A DNA stretch of 64,000 nucleotides, taken from NCBI RefSeq assembly GCF_006345805.1, contig NC_043005.1:32798001-32862000 (forward strand). Reading direction: 5' to 3'. Positions 37,473 to 51,368 of the stretch are shown in pieces; position 1 is the stretch's first letter; the number at the start of each line of letters is the position of its first letter. The translations under genes were made by a program, and so were the position numbers. This stretch comes from Octopus sinensis. Its lineage: Eukaryota. The notes under the pieces are model-generated. The model saw only the letters and a list, made by a program, of their open reading frames with translations. It had not been told where the DNA came from and did not search any database.

Positions 37473-38500
37473 CCACACACATACATACGTACGTACATGC
37501 ATACATACATAAATACATGCATTCATTCATTCAATATGTGTGTGTATGTGTATCCAGTTACGCAGAGATTAGGAAAGCTGCTATCGTTTCTTGCATTATT
37601 CCATGTATTATATATAACCCTTAATATAATTCTGTCTATTCCACACCATTCCTCAATATACTCCTGACATCACATCCCCCCCCCATCATCACAACCATCA
37701 CCACCACCACCAAACCCTTCAATACCCATAATCTTAGTCCTTTTTTTTCTCCTTTCGTTTTTCTTGTCTAACTAAACAGTAACTTAAAAACGACAAAACA
37801 AAAAAAAAAAAAGAGAGAAAAAAAATGCCTCCCATCCCACTCCACCCAATTTTCTGGGGGTACATGATATGGTTTTTAACAATCAACCACAATCATATCC
37901 CTAAATCGGGATTGCTAACATAGAGTAGTGGTAGTAGTCGTTGTTTACTTTGGCCGTTACTGGAGACAAGCTTTTAATAATCCAAGCCTTGGACGCTCCT
38001 TTCACTCCTCCTCCTCCTCCCATCATCCTTTACGTGAAATTTATGTTTAGCAAGTACACTGTTTGCCTTTAATTTCTCTATTGTTTATACAGTTTTGCTT
38101 GGATTGTAAACTATTTTTCACTAGAATACTAGCAACGAAATTGTGTTGCTATTTACTCGGTGTCGATGGTGGTAGTAGCCGTGGAAGTGTGACGAAGGTA
38201 TTGGTAACAAGAGTGTAAACTATTATTTCATACACGCGTACACACATATTTAATAACCACACACAAACTCTCACACATATATATATATATCTATATACAT
38301 ATAGGTGTAAATAAACCTATACAGATATTCATTTATATAAATGACTGTGAGGATATGAATTCTGTGAATATATCTTTTCAGTGCACAAGCACTAATGCAA
38401 TATATACATATACATACATACATACATACATACATACATACATACACACGCATGCACACACACACGCATGCACACACACACACGCACACACACATATATG

Positions 38501-40560
38501 CAGTAGTCTCCCCGCCAGAATACGCGGAGGTTACGCTCCTAGAGCGCCTGCAAATAATGAAAAACCGCGAATATTGGACGTGGTCCATAAAAATGCTTAT
38601 AAATGTCAAAATAAAACATAAAAATAAATATATAATATTTTATTATAATTTAATAAAAAATAAAGTAAAATGTACGGTTACTCACCAATAATGAATGATA
38701 TTAATTTAAGACGATGATGATGAAAATAATGAAGATAATAATGACTGCACAGCGAAGAAGACTTAAAGCTCTTCAGGTGACCCCGCTTCGCCAGGTGTTT
38801 TAGGGGATATCGCAGCTTCCTGCAAGGCTTTCTTGATGGGCTTGAGAAGCATTGTAATGGAAAGTTTCTGTCGTTGTTTCTTCATGGTGGGTGAGGAGAG
38901 TTTTATATATCTGCATGGCGGCATCAATGGTATTTCTAAATTGGATAGACCGAACCATATAAGGATCCCATACTTCCGCCTTCCCTTGGAATTCCTTTAC
39001 TGTCCTTAAGAGTTCGGACAAACGTTCGATTGTCAGGCCCTCCTCATCCCCATCCTTTTCCTCTGGATCTAGCATTTCCTCCTCGTTTTCGCTGGCAGAC
39101 TTAGCTCCAACAAATCTTCGTCTGTCAGGGTTTTAGAGTGGAATCGATGAGATTGTTGACCCCATCTTGCGTGATGTCGTCAAAACCTTCGCCAGTTTCA
39201 CCGCATTGTTGACAGCCTCGTATTGAAAATCTTCAGGTGAGAAGCCCTCGTAGTACTGGACACACTCTGGCCACACCTTCTTCCAGCATGCGATGAGGGT
39301 TTTTTTTCATGTCTTTAAGAGCAGCGTGGATGACTGACAGGCACGTTGCGATCGTGAGGTTACGCCAGTATTCCTTTAACTTGAAATTCTCGTCCAAATC
39401 CACTGTGTCCACAAGATGTTGGAGAGAGTTCCGAGTGTTAAGTGCCTTAAAGGCACGGATCATGTTTTGACCCATTGACTGCATGAGAGAAGTGGTGTTA
39501 GCAGGGAGGATCTCGACTTGGACTCCCTCGCGATTCAAATCCAAATAGTGATCACCATGATTATCAATAACAAGCAATACCTTGAATTCCAAGCATACGT
39601 TCTGAAGGTATTACTTGGCTTGAGGGATGAAGCGTTGGAGAAACCAATTGAAAGTTAGACTTTTGGTAATCCGGGCCTTGGCGTTGTGCATCCAGTGGAC
39701 AAGCAGCAGGTTTTTATTCTTATTTTTAAAGGCCCTCGGGTTCATGGACGTGTCACACATAATGTGTGGACTTGTCACACATAATTAGCATCACTCAGTC
39801 CTTCTGTGCCTTAAATCCTGGGGCTCTGTCTGCGTCCTTCATGATGGATCTTCCAGAACAAGCTTGTATTCCGGCCTGTATCTCTTGTCCTCGATTATCT
39901 GCCTGAAGGTCTCAAGTTACTTCTCGGCAGCTTCTTTATCAGCTGATGCTGTCTCTCCGTGCAGGGAAACACACTTTATTTTAAACCGTTTCTGGAAACG
40001 CTGAAACCACCCCTTGCTAGCTTGAAAATCTTCGGGCTCTATTGCTGTCAATGGTCTTGGTTGCGGTTCTTCGATGCCTCTGCTCTGTCTCCTCTGTCGA
40101 ACTGCTAGTATAATTTCAGCGCTTTCTCGCGGATGATGTTACGACTCAAGGGAATGTTTTTCTTCTTGCAGTTACCGATCCACAATGCCAAGGTGGATTC
40201 TATCTTGACCCACAATACCAAGGTGGATTCCATCCTGACCAAATGCTTATTTCTCACCGTCGATATCTTTTTGGCACTTTCATAGAAACTTATAGTTACG
40301 GAAGACATGATCGCTACTTCGTTCTTCTTTATGTAGCGTATAGTGATTTCGTTGGCATCATAACAGCGACCTACTGCAGCATAACTTTTACTTTCTTGGA
40401 GCATATCCAGCAGTTGTACCTTCTCATGGAACGTCATAACCTTTTTCTGGCGCTTAGGTTCGCTGCCAGAAGCCTTAGAAGGTATAGGGTGTTTGTGTGG
40501 CATCTTAGGGCTTTAATAACATGCTGCGAAAGACATAACACTCAACAAAACACTCGAGAT
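38501..40560 (-). mobile_element. Tigger/pogo transposon with degraded CENP-B-like (TIGD1-like) transposase
   Basis: ORFs 40105-40503 (psq-type and CENP-B HTH: KRQKKVMTFHEKVQLLDML, IIREKALKLY), 39233-39592 (LLVIDN...LPANTTSLMQSMGQ) and 38800-39075. TIR-like cagtagtctccccgcca at 38501; the other TIR was not found. Confidence 0.85.
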
Positions 40561-40741
40561 AGCTACTGGATGCAGTCTCTCCACCCCCAAAACATACAAG
40601 AAAAAATCTTCCTTGCGTCTAATATGCGCATACCACCAATGGGAGATTGACCAGAGATTAAAAGTAATCATGGTTTTGAAAAATTTAGTTTGTATTTCCA
40701 CTAGATACAGTAATCTATTCTATGATAATAATAATTTTTCT

Positions 40742-40784
<43 letters not shown>

Positions 40785-41490
40785 ACTTTTTGGATAAAGT
40801 TATAAATAATAGAATAATAGTGTATAAATAATGGGTTAAAAACGTACGGATAGATGACGAAAGCTGCCCGTTGGACTCGAAACCACATCTCCACTATACA
40901 TGAATAGCACTAGATCAAAGCAATTCTACGAATATCTCTATTTTAGAAACTTTAATTTCACTGATGAGAACTGTACGTTGTCAATAATACGTACATATAT
41001 ACATACATACATACATACATACATACATACATACATACATACATACATACATACATACATACATACATACATACATACATACATACATACATTATGGCTG
41101 CCCCCTCGTTATCGAATATGGCCATTGCACGAAGCTTAACTGTTACTGGTGCAATTGCAGCCGGAGGTTGAACCAGGCAACTTACTGATGTCAAAGCGAA
41201 TAAAAACAAAAACACAACGAATAACAGTAATATTACCAATTCTATGCATCAAAACACACGGCCTTGTAAGTAACAAAACTCATAAACAAGACCGCGTAGC
41301 TCTTGTAATTATTTACACTTTCTATTTTATTTGTATTCATCAATCTTAACAGACTAGGTGAGTGAAATCAATTTATATCGCATAATTATGTTATATTACC
41401 ACCGGTAACATATCTACCCGGTACCGGAATGCCTACCAAAATACAGTGCCTGCAGCTGATACCCACTCGGCGTGTTTCAAAACAAGGATC

Positions 41491-41915
41491 TCCGGATCTT
41501 TGTCAACAACAATTATTTGCGGTGTCATATGAATGTGTTACTGTTATTTATGAGAAAAAAGATAACCTGTGGCCATAAACTGAGGGGTCACTCGTAAACA
41601 GAGCTGAATAACAAAACCGTTCCTTTCGGTTAGGTTTAAGGTTAGGGTTAGGGGTGGGGGAAGAGTTTCTTTTTTCTTCAGAAATTTAAATAAACCCAAT
41701 CTGTTTCTTAAACGAATATGTAATGTGTGTATCTGTGCAACAGAGAGAGAAATTAAAACTGCATATGTTGTGAACTTAGAATATGTGTTTATTAATAAAA
41801 GTTTAATAACGATAATCTTTTATTCATACGAACGTAACTGATATGAAATATGTCATAAATAACAGTGACAAATTCATATGACACCGCAAATAATTGTTGT
41901 TGATAAAGATCCGGA
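41491..41915. mobile_element. MITE with ~63-bp TIRs and internal TTAGGG-like repeats
   Basis: 41491-41553 is an inverted match to 41853-41915. Internal ggttaggtttaaggttagggttagggg at ~41628-41654. No clear TSD. Confidence 0.8.
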
Positions 41916-42170
41916 AAAATTGTATTCACCTCAATAGTCGTCATTGATTGGTTGAAATTGCCGAAATGCAAGAGATTAAACAACAAATAGCTTATAAACT
42001 ACAGAATTTTCTCCAGAAAGCCAAGAGAAAAAGATGTTTTATGTAACACATTCTACCAGTATACGAAGTTTAAAAGTGTTTAGTTACAAAGAAATTATTT
42101 AAAAAATTTCCCGGTCAAAACGAAAAGATCCTAAATTTTCATTATCTTATCTCCATCTTCTCTCTTGGTT

Positions 42171-42226
<56 letters not shown>

Positions 42227-42228
<2 letters not shown>

Positions 42229-42556
42229 GCGCAGGAGTGGCTGTGTGCTTACCAACCACATGGTTCCGGGTTCAGTCCTACTACGTGGCATCTTAGGCAA
42301 GTGTCTTCTACTATAGCCTCGGGCCGACCAAAACCTTGTGAGTGGATTTGGTAGACGGAAATTGAAGGAAGCTCGTCTTGTATATATGTATGTGTGTGTG
42401 TTTATGTGTCTCTGTTCCCCCAACATCGCCTGACAACCGATGTTGATGTATTTACTTACAAAGGCTTACAAAGAATTAAGTCGTGGAGTCGATTTGCTCG
42501 ACTAAAGGTGGTGCTCCAGCATGGGTGCAGTCAAATGACTGAAACAAATAAAAGAA
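42227..42556 (+). mobile_element. SINE family A with small internal deletions
   Basis: aggcgcaggagtggctgtgtg ... ctccagcatgggtgcagtcaaatgactgaaacaa. Confidence 0.9.
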
Positions 42557-42584
42557 TATATGTATATGTACATGTATATATATA

Positions 42585-43560
42585 CCAGATGTTCCCCAAA
42601 ATGTATACTCATATTGAATTATAGAGTCAGTGCTTATTAAAATATTTAATTTTCATAATTAACTAGCATCTACAGACAAAATTTCATTTTTTAATGATTG
42701 TTTTCAAACTGATCACAGTTCCAGTTTAGGCGTTGCTGCGCAAGGCAAAGTAATTGCAAATATTAGCAAACATTTCATTCGCTATTTCGTCGACTGTTGC
42801 CGTTTTGTACTGTAAACGTTATCCTCATAAAAAATTCTAGTGCTCTGAGTTACGTTGAACATAGTGGGTATTCTACTGAACCTCTTAATCCAATCCTCCT
42901 GTTTAGTCCTTAACATTACTATGGTAGTACTATGATAGTATGGGAATGCACCATCTTGCTAGAAATAAAACTCACCATCTTCAAAGATCTCTTGTATGGT
43001 TGGTATGAAAGATTGTTGCTGCAAGTTCAAATAAATTGGACCCGTCATAGAACCATTAAAAAAGAATGGTTCAATAAATCCATGCCATGCTGTAATACCT
43101 GGTAAATTAACATGGTGTTGCCTGTAATATATAGATTCTCAGGTCCCCAGTAAGTATAGCTGTGACGGTTAATTGAGCCATTTAAATATAAATACAGCCT
43201 TGTCACCCCAAACAATCTTTGTTGGGAAGTGTGAATCTTCTATATATCTTGCCAAAATACTACTCGCTGAACTCTATACTTCGGTCCGGACCATCTTCAT
43301 TGAGAGCATGGACTCTTCTTGGAATGGGACTTTTCTAATGACAGCACCTAAAAACGTTTTGGATGCTTGACTTTGAAATTCTTATCTCATTACTCACTTG
43401 CCGCACAGTCTTTCTTGAACTTTGCCAATACATTTTTAGTGCCCTTTCTCACTTTTTGGGATACTTGATGATCGCTGTCTTCCGGAATGTTTCTTGTGGA
43501 CATTCTGAACAATTCCACCTACTTCAAAATTATTTCTAATTCCAGTGATACTAAGTCGCG
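42585..43560 (-). mobile_element. Tc1/mariner transposon fossil, rosa/DD41D-like
   Basis: Minus-strand motifs: [64 protein letters not shown]-like ta-ccagatgttccccaaaatgtatac at 42583. Confidence 0.75.
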
Positions 43561-44219
43561 TTTAGTGTCAGTTTCTCACACTCTCACACTGCTGAAACTG
43601 TGATCTTTATGGACTGCAAATTTCCCCCCTGTTTTGTCTCTGAATCAATAGTCAATAGACTGCAGAAGGATTTGAAGTATTTGGCAAGCTTCATTGCACC
43701 CATGGAAGATTACAGAGGACCGAGTTACATCAGAATTTATAGAATGTCTGTAGAAACGAGAATCAGCAATGTATACAAAATGTTAATGGCTTGGTAGTAA
43801 AGGTGTACCAAGCTGAGAGTCGACTAACTTAGCTTAGAGGATTCTTATCCAGACACCGTTGAAGTATTTGATTGCGACAACGGCAATAACACTGCTTTTC
43901 ATAAACGTTTCGTTCGTAACAAACCAGTGAAAGACGTGTATCCGGCTCAAGGGGTTTTCTTAAGAAGGGTGTTAGACACAGGGGACAAAGAATATGATTG
44001 TATGATTGTTTACAACTGGTTATGTATAGTTTAAGATTAGCAAGTGAGGATGACTGATCAGTATTGGTAAGTCAGAGAGAGAGAGGGGGTGGAGAGGGAT
44101 GGAGAGAGAGACAGAGAGGGAGAGAGGGATATATATAGAGAGGGGGAGGGATGGGGAGAGAGACAGAGGGGGAGAGAGGGATAGAGAGAGAGAGAGAGTA
44201 ATCTTGTGAATGAGGCACA

Positions 44220-44900
44220 CGGTCTGTCTATAAATTCGAGTAGCTCCTTGTGAAAAGAAAAACTGGGTGAGTATTAACTGTGAAGGGATGTGCTTAAGAG
44301 AGATGGAAGGGTTTTAGTTGGGGATAATCGCATTATTGCTTGAAGGGAGTAGAAAATGTTTTAACTTGATATCTGATGGAAGAGTGCGGGGTAGAGGATT
44401 ACTCAAAATTGGAAGAGCCCCCCCCCCACAACAATAGAAAGAGACGTGAATGTTCTTCTGTATTTGGGTGGTAGGAGAGATTAGATACTGTGTGGAAGAT
44501 AAGGTTCTAACGAACCAAAACTGCAACAGAACTTTATCCGAACTTATAAACAATTAATTTCACGAAGGTCACTTAGAAAAACCTTCAACATCATATAATC
44601 TTATTCCTTCTCCCCTCCAATTAAAATATCATGTCTCTGTAAGAAACCAGTGTTTTGTAAATGTTTTCCAATTTAAAGACTGTGTCTTAGCCAAGACTTC
44701 TCTATAGAATTGTTAAAGTAATAAGAGCAAGGGCCACACAATATATGCATTTGTTTCCTTACTTCATCTACATAATCTGAAACAATCAATCGCAAGATTA
44801 TTGGTCAACAGTATGAGTCGCATTGTCTATAGGGCTCTGACTTTCTAGCAAAGACAGCTCGCAATCCCTCAGTCCATTTGGCTGTAAATAAGTTTCATAT
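44220..44900 (-). mobile_element. Very degraded Penelope-like RT remnant
   Basis: Weak resemblance to the PLE RT order (..L..N..; W...DDI; IKF; SQ..RI..). Many stops. Confidence 0.35.
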
Positions 44901-45329
44901 GGACGATTCAACCTTGTAGAAGGACAATGCCTAAGATCGACAACAGATCAGTGTATTTATTGTAAAAGGGGTTGGATGTTTGTCTCTCCCCTTAATATTT
45001 TTGATGCGAAGTAACCATTCAGCTGGTTACCTACGAAATGAATACCAGTGATGTAATTGGGTAGATCTCATTAACTTTACACTTCTAACTACGGAGAAAA
45101 TCATTATTTTTACTTGTGTCAGGCGTCTTATTTCACAGCTCAGAGCTAATTTCAATTCCGCGATCACGCGTCTTTGCTTGTGTGTTATACGTGTGCGTAT
45201 ATGCGTGTGTGTATGTGTGTGCGTGTATTGTGTAAGTGTGCGTTTCAGGGGTTCATTGCACATTTGTATGAACTATTCCGAGCACTGAATATGATGCCTA
45301 TGAAAGGATAGAGAGAGAGAGAGAAAGAA

Positions 45330-45360
<31 letters not shown>

Positions 45361-46492
45361 AAGAGGGAAAAGATTGTGAGAATGATTGTGAGGGTAAAAG
45401 ATCTACGTGAATCTGATGGCGGGGAAACTACATAGCTTTAGTAACAACTCGTTAAAGATATCTCGATAAATTCGGTGAAAAAAGGTAGCCATCCAGATGG
45501 AAAGTGATAGCAGGAGAGAGAGGAGATAGATAGATAGATAGATAAATAGAGAGAGAGAGAGAGGGGGAGAGGGAGGGAGAAACAGACAGAGAGTGAGTGG
45601 TGGGGAGAGATTGTGAGAATGATTGTGAGGGTATGAGAATGTAAAAAAATAAGTGTGAAAAATATATAATCTGCTGTCTACTCTATGTATGTATGTATGT
45701 ATGTATGTATGTATGTATGTATGTATGTATGTATGTATGTATGTATGTATGTACCTATCTATCTATCTCTTCTCTTATCACATTAATAAATATATATATA
45801 CATACTACACACATGCGCGTGCGCATGCAAGGTTTGTGCAAAATAATGGAAACACTTTACATTTAACTATTTTTTCTATATTACAATTTCAAAACTGTTC
45901 TAGCCTATATTCATGTGTTCATGCACCTTGTTCTTTATAGGAATTTCAACCGTGTTTCGTGGTCTGCTACCACAACAGCTCTTTTATAGGATCCAGTTAG
46001 CTCAAGACATCATCAGGAGAAACCACGAAACCACAGTATTTTCTGGATATAAACGACAGTATTTTCTGGATATAAGCAGCAATTTTGCTTTACTCATTTA
46101 TTTTTATTTTTGGTGGGGTCAGCTGTTAAAAGGATTAAGATCGGTATGACCTTGTTACAGGATGCCTTCAAGGTGTCAGTTCCTGGATTCCCTGCCTATA
46201 CGTCATACATAAATCACAAACACAGACGTCAAAAAATCCTTCATCATGCTAACATTAATCAGTATTTTATGTCCGATATTGATTACAAATCATAACAATC
46301 CGGGGAAAGATATTTTGTTAAGAGAATTTATATGGAGTCATTACAGACAACGGACAATTAGCTTTCTTATTTATAGCTCTTGATACTGATACCGTTGCCG
46401 AAACAGTATGTCATGCATGTTTGTGTGTGTGTATGTGTGTGTGCTTACGTATTTATACTTGCGTGTATGTAGTATGTATGTATGTATGTATG

Positions 46493-46548
<56 letters not shown>

Positions 46549-46762
46549 AATAATGGGAAATAGAGAAAAACGTTCAAGATGTTATTTAAATCATTTATAT
46601 CTCCATATCACCGACTATGTTTCGATAGATGCATTAAAATAAATCCGAGAGGAAGAATAATGTGTTTTACTAATTCCTTAGGCCGCTTATGTCATTTAGC
46701 TACCTTGTAACTGTTCTTCTGGATCTTTCCTTTGTAATTGAACATTCCCGTTTGTGGTGTGC

Positions 46763-46848
<86 letters not shown>

Positions 46849-47024
46849 ATATACGCGAAGTAAAACTTTCAAAGACGGTAATTTTTGTCTTCGGCAATGC
46901 GCATAAACATATACTCGGTTCTGGAAACGCTATAACCGGTTAATGTGTATCATTAGGCATGCGTAACAGGATATACAGAGAAACACCTTTTCTTTTAAAT
47001 GTATTACTAATGATCCTATATATA

Positions 47025-47055
<31 letters not shown>

Positions 47056-47228
47056 TCGAAGTTAAGGCTTCGCTCCATCGCTCCTCGGTGTTTTAGTGTT
47101 CAGTTTTTTTAGCGAAACTTTTTCTCCAGTTTCGTTTTTACTTTTATTCTTTTTCCGTCTGTCATTCTTCGCTTCTTTCCTTATTTCCTCCTTTTTTCTC
47201 TATCTCACACACACTTTTATTAGTATAT

Positions 47229-47282
<54 letters not shown>

Positions 47283-47632
47283 GCAAGTGTGGACATGTGC
47301 ACATGTATTCATGGTGTGTATAGTTCATATTACACACCTCACCAATACATACATACATACATACATACATACATACATACATGCATGCATGCATGCATGC
47401 ATACATACATACATACATACATACATACATGCATGCATATATACATACATACATACATATATATTAATATATAATTATAATAATAATGGGTAAAATCAAT
47501 AATAATTTTACCAGGTAGTCAGTGCGGAAATAAAAAAAAACTTATAAGTAAATCTTTTTGGTCAACCATGTATATATACTTTTGGTCAACCCTGGTCAAC
47601 CCTGCATATACATACGTGCGTGTGTATATATA

Positions 47633-48501
47633 TTTATATATATAAAAGAGGCTTTGGGTCAAAATTGTGTGCACATTTTGCTACGTCAGAGGTTGGCGGC
47701 CAGACCAGTGGTCGGATTGAGCTGAAAATTGACACAGGCATAGAAGACGTGATGAGACAGAGAGTTGAGTAGGATAAAACTCGCCATCTGGAAAGATGCG
47801 GTTGCTATGGTGAGAAGAGTGATTTTCTATCGATTCAAGGGAGATCTAAGCCCCTCTAGATTGGCGCGATTGGCATCTAATCTATAAAATGAAGAGGGCG
47901 AACGTTGATACAAATTGGATTTTTATGTAAAAAGGGAGCTAAATGGGGCTGGAAGGGGATTAAAATTCACAGGAGGGGGTAACTTGAGGCGAGAAATTGA
48001 TTGGGAGACGTTTTGGGGGCGCTACAGTGGTTACTCTGCTGTGAAAACGGGGATTTTATTGATTTTGGGGGACACTTGGGGTCTAGATTGGACACCTTTT
48101 GCCCGATTTCAATCAAATTTTCAAGTGGAAGGCGGATTTGTAATTTAAGCGCGGAAAATGGGTTCAAAATTTTGAAAATTAAGGCAAAATTTTTGAAGTT
48201 GAAAATAATTTCTCATTTTTACGTATTTTTGCCTTTTATTTTTTATTTTTTACAGTTTGCATTTTTTCTGAAAGAAATTTACAGCTGCATGTAACCCGTG
48301 TTTAGAGGTTTCATTTACATGGTCAATCATCGAAAAATTCCCAAAATAAGTACTACATTTAACAAAGAAATCTTTTCTTTCCTTATTTTTAATCGCTCAA
48401 ATAGTGGCACGTACAAAAGGCAAGTGTGCTTTCCGTCGTCACTGCCTGATATTTATGATTGATCTTTCAAAATATTTTCTTTCTCAACTTACTCAAGATC
48501 C

Positions 48502-48566
<65 letters not shown>

Positions 48567-48677
48567 TAGAGAGTAAGAAAAAGTGCGGGAGAATGTGGCG
48601 ATAAGAAACAGAAAGGATGCAACAGAAAGTAATAACCACACCCTCACTCGCGCCTAGAGCGGGTCACCTTAAGCTAG
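47633..48677 (+). mobile_element. Non-autonomous Helitron with internal (GA)n
   Basis: 5' A|TTTATATATATAAAAG (TC mutated to TT). 3' hairpin actcgc/gcgggt at 48646-48664, then CTAG at 48674-48677 and host T. No TSD. Confidence 0.7.
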
Positions 48678-48712
<35 letters not shown>

Positions 48713-48722
48713 GTATACATAC

Positions 48723-48838
<116 letters not shown>

Positions 48839-48983
48839 CATGTATGTATGTATGTTTGTGTGTATCTATGTGTATTGTATGTGTATGTATGTACATGTGT
48901 ATGTATATATGTATGCGTATATATATATATATATACATATATACACACACGTATATGTGTGTGTGCATACATGTATATATATG

Positions 48984-49015
<32 letters not shown>

Positions 49016-49397
49016 CATACATAGATACATACATACATACATACATACATACATGTATATATACGTATGCCTTCTCTGATGATGGTCTCCAGGAGAATGA
49101 ATTTATTATGTTTTTTATGTTACTAATAGAATATAATGGTCTTTTTCTCTCATTTCACTTCAACACCCTCAACTGTAAAACGTTTGTGTAAGTGTGTGTA
49201 TGTGTGTGCGCGTAAATGTGTGCCTGCATGTGTATGTGTTTATTGCCTGTATGTGTGTGTATGTACGCACGTATGTTTGTATGTACGTATGTATGTATGT
49301 GTGTGTATGTATGTATGAATGTATGTATGTATGTATGTATGTATGTATGTATGTATGTATGCATGTATGTATGTATGTAGCTATGTATGTATGTATA

Positions 49398-51335
49398 TCA
49401 TTATTCAGTTTATTTCAAGATTTCTTGCCAATAGAGAAAGAACCGGTTTCTAACCTAGATCCAACGTTCCTTCATTGGAATTTCAACATCAACAACAGGG
49501 TATTACTGCATGTATGTATGTATGTATGTATGTATGTATGATGTATGTATGTATGTATGTATGTATGTATGTATGTATGTATGTCTAGATTTGTATGTTT
49601 TATGTATGTATTCTCATGCATAGATACCCATATCTAGACATGTCCATATATTTAAATGATAAATTTCTGGAAAGTTTTACAGATTTTTACAGTTCCAGTG
49701 ATAGATTGGATCTGTAGTCTTCGAATTAGCTTTCTCCTTTCTGGTTTTGAGAAGACTAATTTCTCAAGATTGGTATTTAGGCAGTATGTTACATATCCCA
49801 GGGCCCCAATAATTAAAGGTATAAATCTGAACTTGTAATCTGGGTAGAGTAACTGTAGATTTCTAAATAGTTCAGCTTAGGTGTTCTCTTTTTCAGTGAT
49901 CTTCAACTTTATGTTAACATCCGCTGGGCAGCTAATTTCCACAACTCTATCCCAAATCATTATATCAGGTCTGGTGTGCTTACATTTTATTGAGGTCTTC
50001 ACTGCCACCTTCCACCAGTATTCCTTTTCCTTATGAGTTACTATAGCTTCTACCATATTGTGGGGTTTTATTTCTTAGTCCTCGTTATTATCTTTCCCAC
50101 GGATTTCATTATAAAGTGTCCTAGCTACAACGTTATGTTTCATCGGTAGATAATACTGTGGTGAGAACATCGGACAACTGCTTATGATGTGGGTGATATC
50201 TTCAGTGTGAGCTCAAAAAAGTCTGCATCGGTTGTCACATTTTACGGCTTTTCCCGCATCTCTATCCCTTTTGCGCATCAGGTACTTGGTTGATATTTCC
50301 TGTTCCTGGATTGCTAACACATATCCTTCAAAGTGGGAGGTAATAATCCGGCTATTCGTCCATAATAAACTGTTTTGATGATCGATGTTACTATCATCAC
50401 AGAGCTTTCTACCAACATATCTATGCATAGTCTTCTGCTCATATAGGCTCATCCTTTCATCTGATGATATGTTGCTGTAGTGTTGTGCGACTTCTTTGGG
50501 CATATATTCTAGGTTATCAGACAAAGAATGTTGCTCAAGGAGCGACCTTCCAAATCTTATGATGTTATCAGCTTCATGTATGCAAACTTGGCAAAAGGAT
50601 GCACTTCGACGCTTGGTGGTAAAATGGTAAAAAGTTGTTGACGAAGGGATATGATGCAACATTCAAAGACATTTTGGATCGATGTTAAGCTTCTGCCGCA
50701 TTGTTTAAGTTTTAGGTAGAGGGTGGTCTATATCACTGTTTATGTGGAAATTATGTAGGCTTGTTAGTATTTTTCGGATTTTCACATCAATGGCTCGGAT
50801 CGCATCAAGCGTCCAATCAAGTAGCCCAAATGTTGGTATGAGTACTGGCACTGCAAACACATTGTGCGCCAGTTTTATTGAATGCAGAGAGTTCTGAAGT
50901 CCAAATTTTCTTTATTCGGTTGTAATATTATTTAGTGACACGTGTTTTGTTACAGGTGTCACTGTAAGATATATTTTCATCCACCCCTACATATCAGTAA
51001 CTTTCTTCATCAGATACAGGGGAAACAGTCAAATCATTGACGGAGATGCTACTAGTTTGGTTTATAAGTTTTTCCCTTTTTTCATAACCATATAACAACA
51101 TTTATCCTGACCAAACTCCAACCCTTACATCCTTTGAGAATGTTGTAGGAAGGTCAAAGCTCTTTTTTCATATCATGCATATTCTTTGCATAAAGTTTTA
51201 AGTCATCCACAAAGAAACAGTTTGTAATTTTGGTATTCCTGTTTCGTTGTGAACCAGTGAGATACCCTTCAGACTTCTTTAACATGAATGACAAGGGGTT
51301 TACAGAAAGTATAAACATCACAGAGAGGCTGTCAC
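49398..51335 (-). mobile_element. R4-like LINE, (CATA)n-flanked family, copy 3 (RT core to 3' end)
   Basis: DSLSVMFILSVNPLS, FFVDDLKLYAK, TSHFEGY..AIQEQEISTKY, CDNRCRL, VVEISCPADVNIKLK. (TATG)n lies on both sides (~49290-49397 and 51340-51480) and internally at 49510-49584. Confidence 0.92.
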
Positions 51336-51337
51336 GC

Positions 51338-51368
<31 letters not shown>

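Noticed and set aside
45943-46023. Minus-strand CTGATGA ... GTGGT/ACCAC hairpin-GAAAC-ACG-GTT
   Set aside because: 36 extra nt separate the core from stem II and stem I pairs poorly, so no valid hammerhead fold can be drawn.
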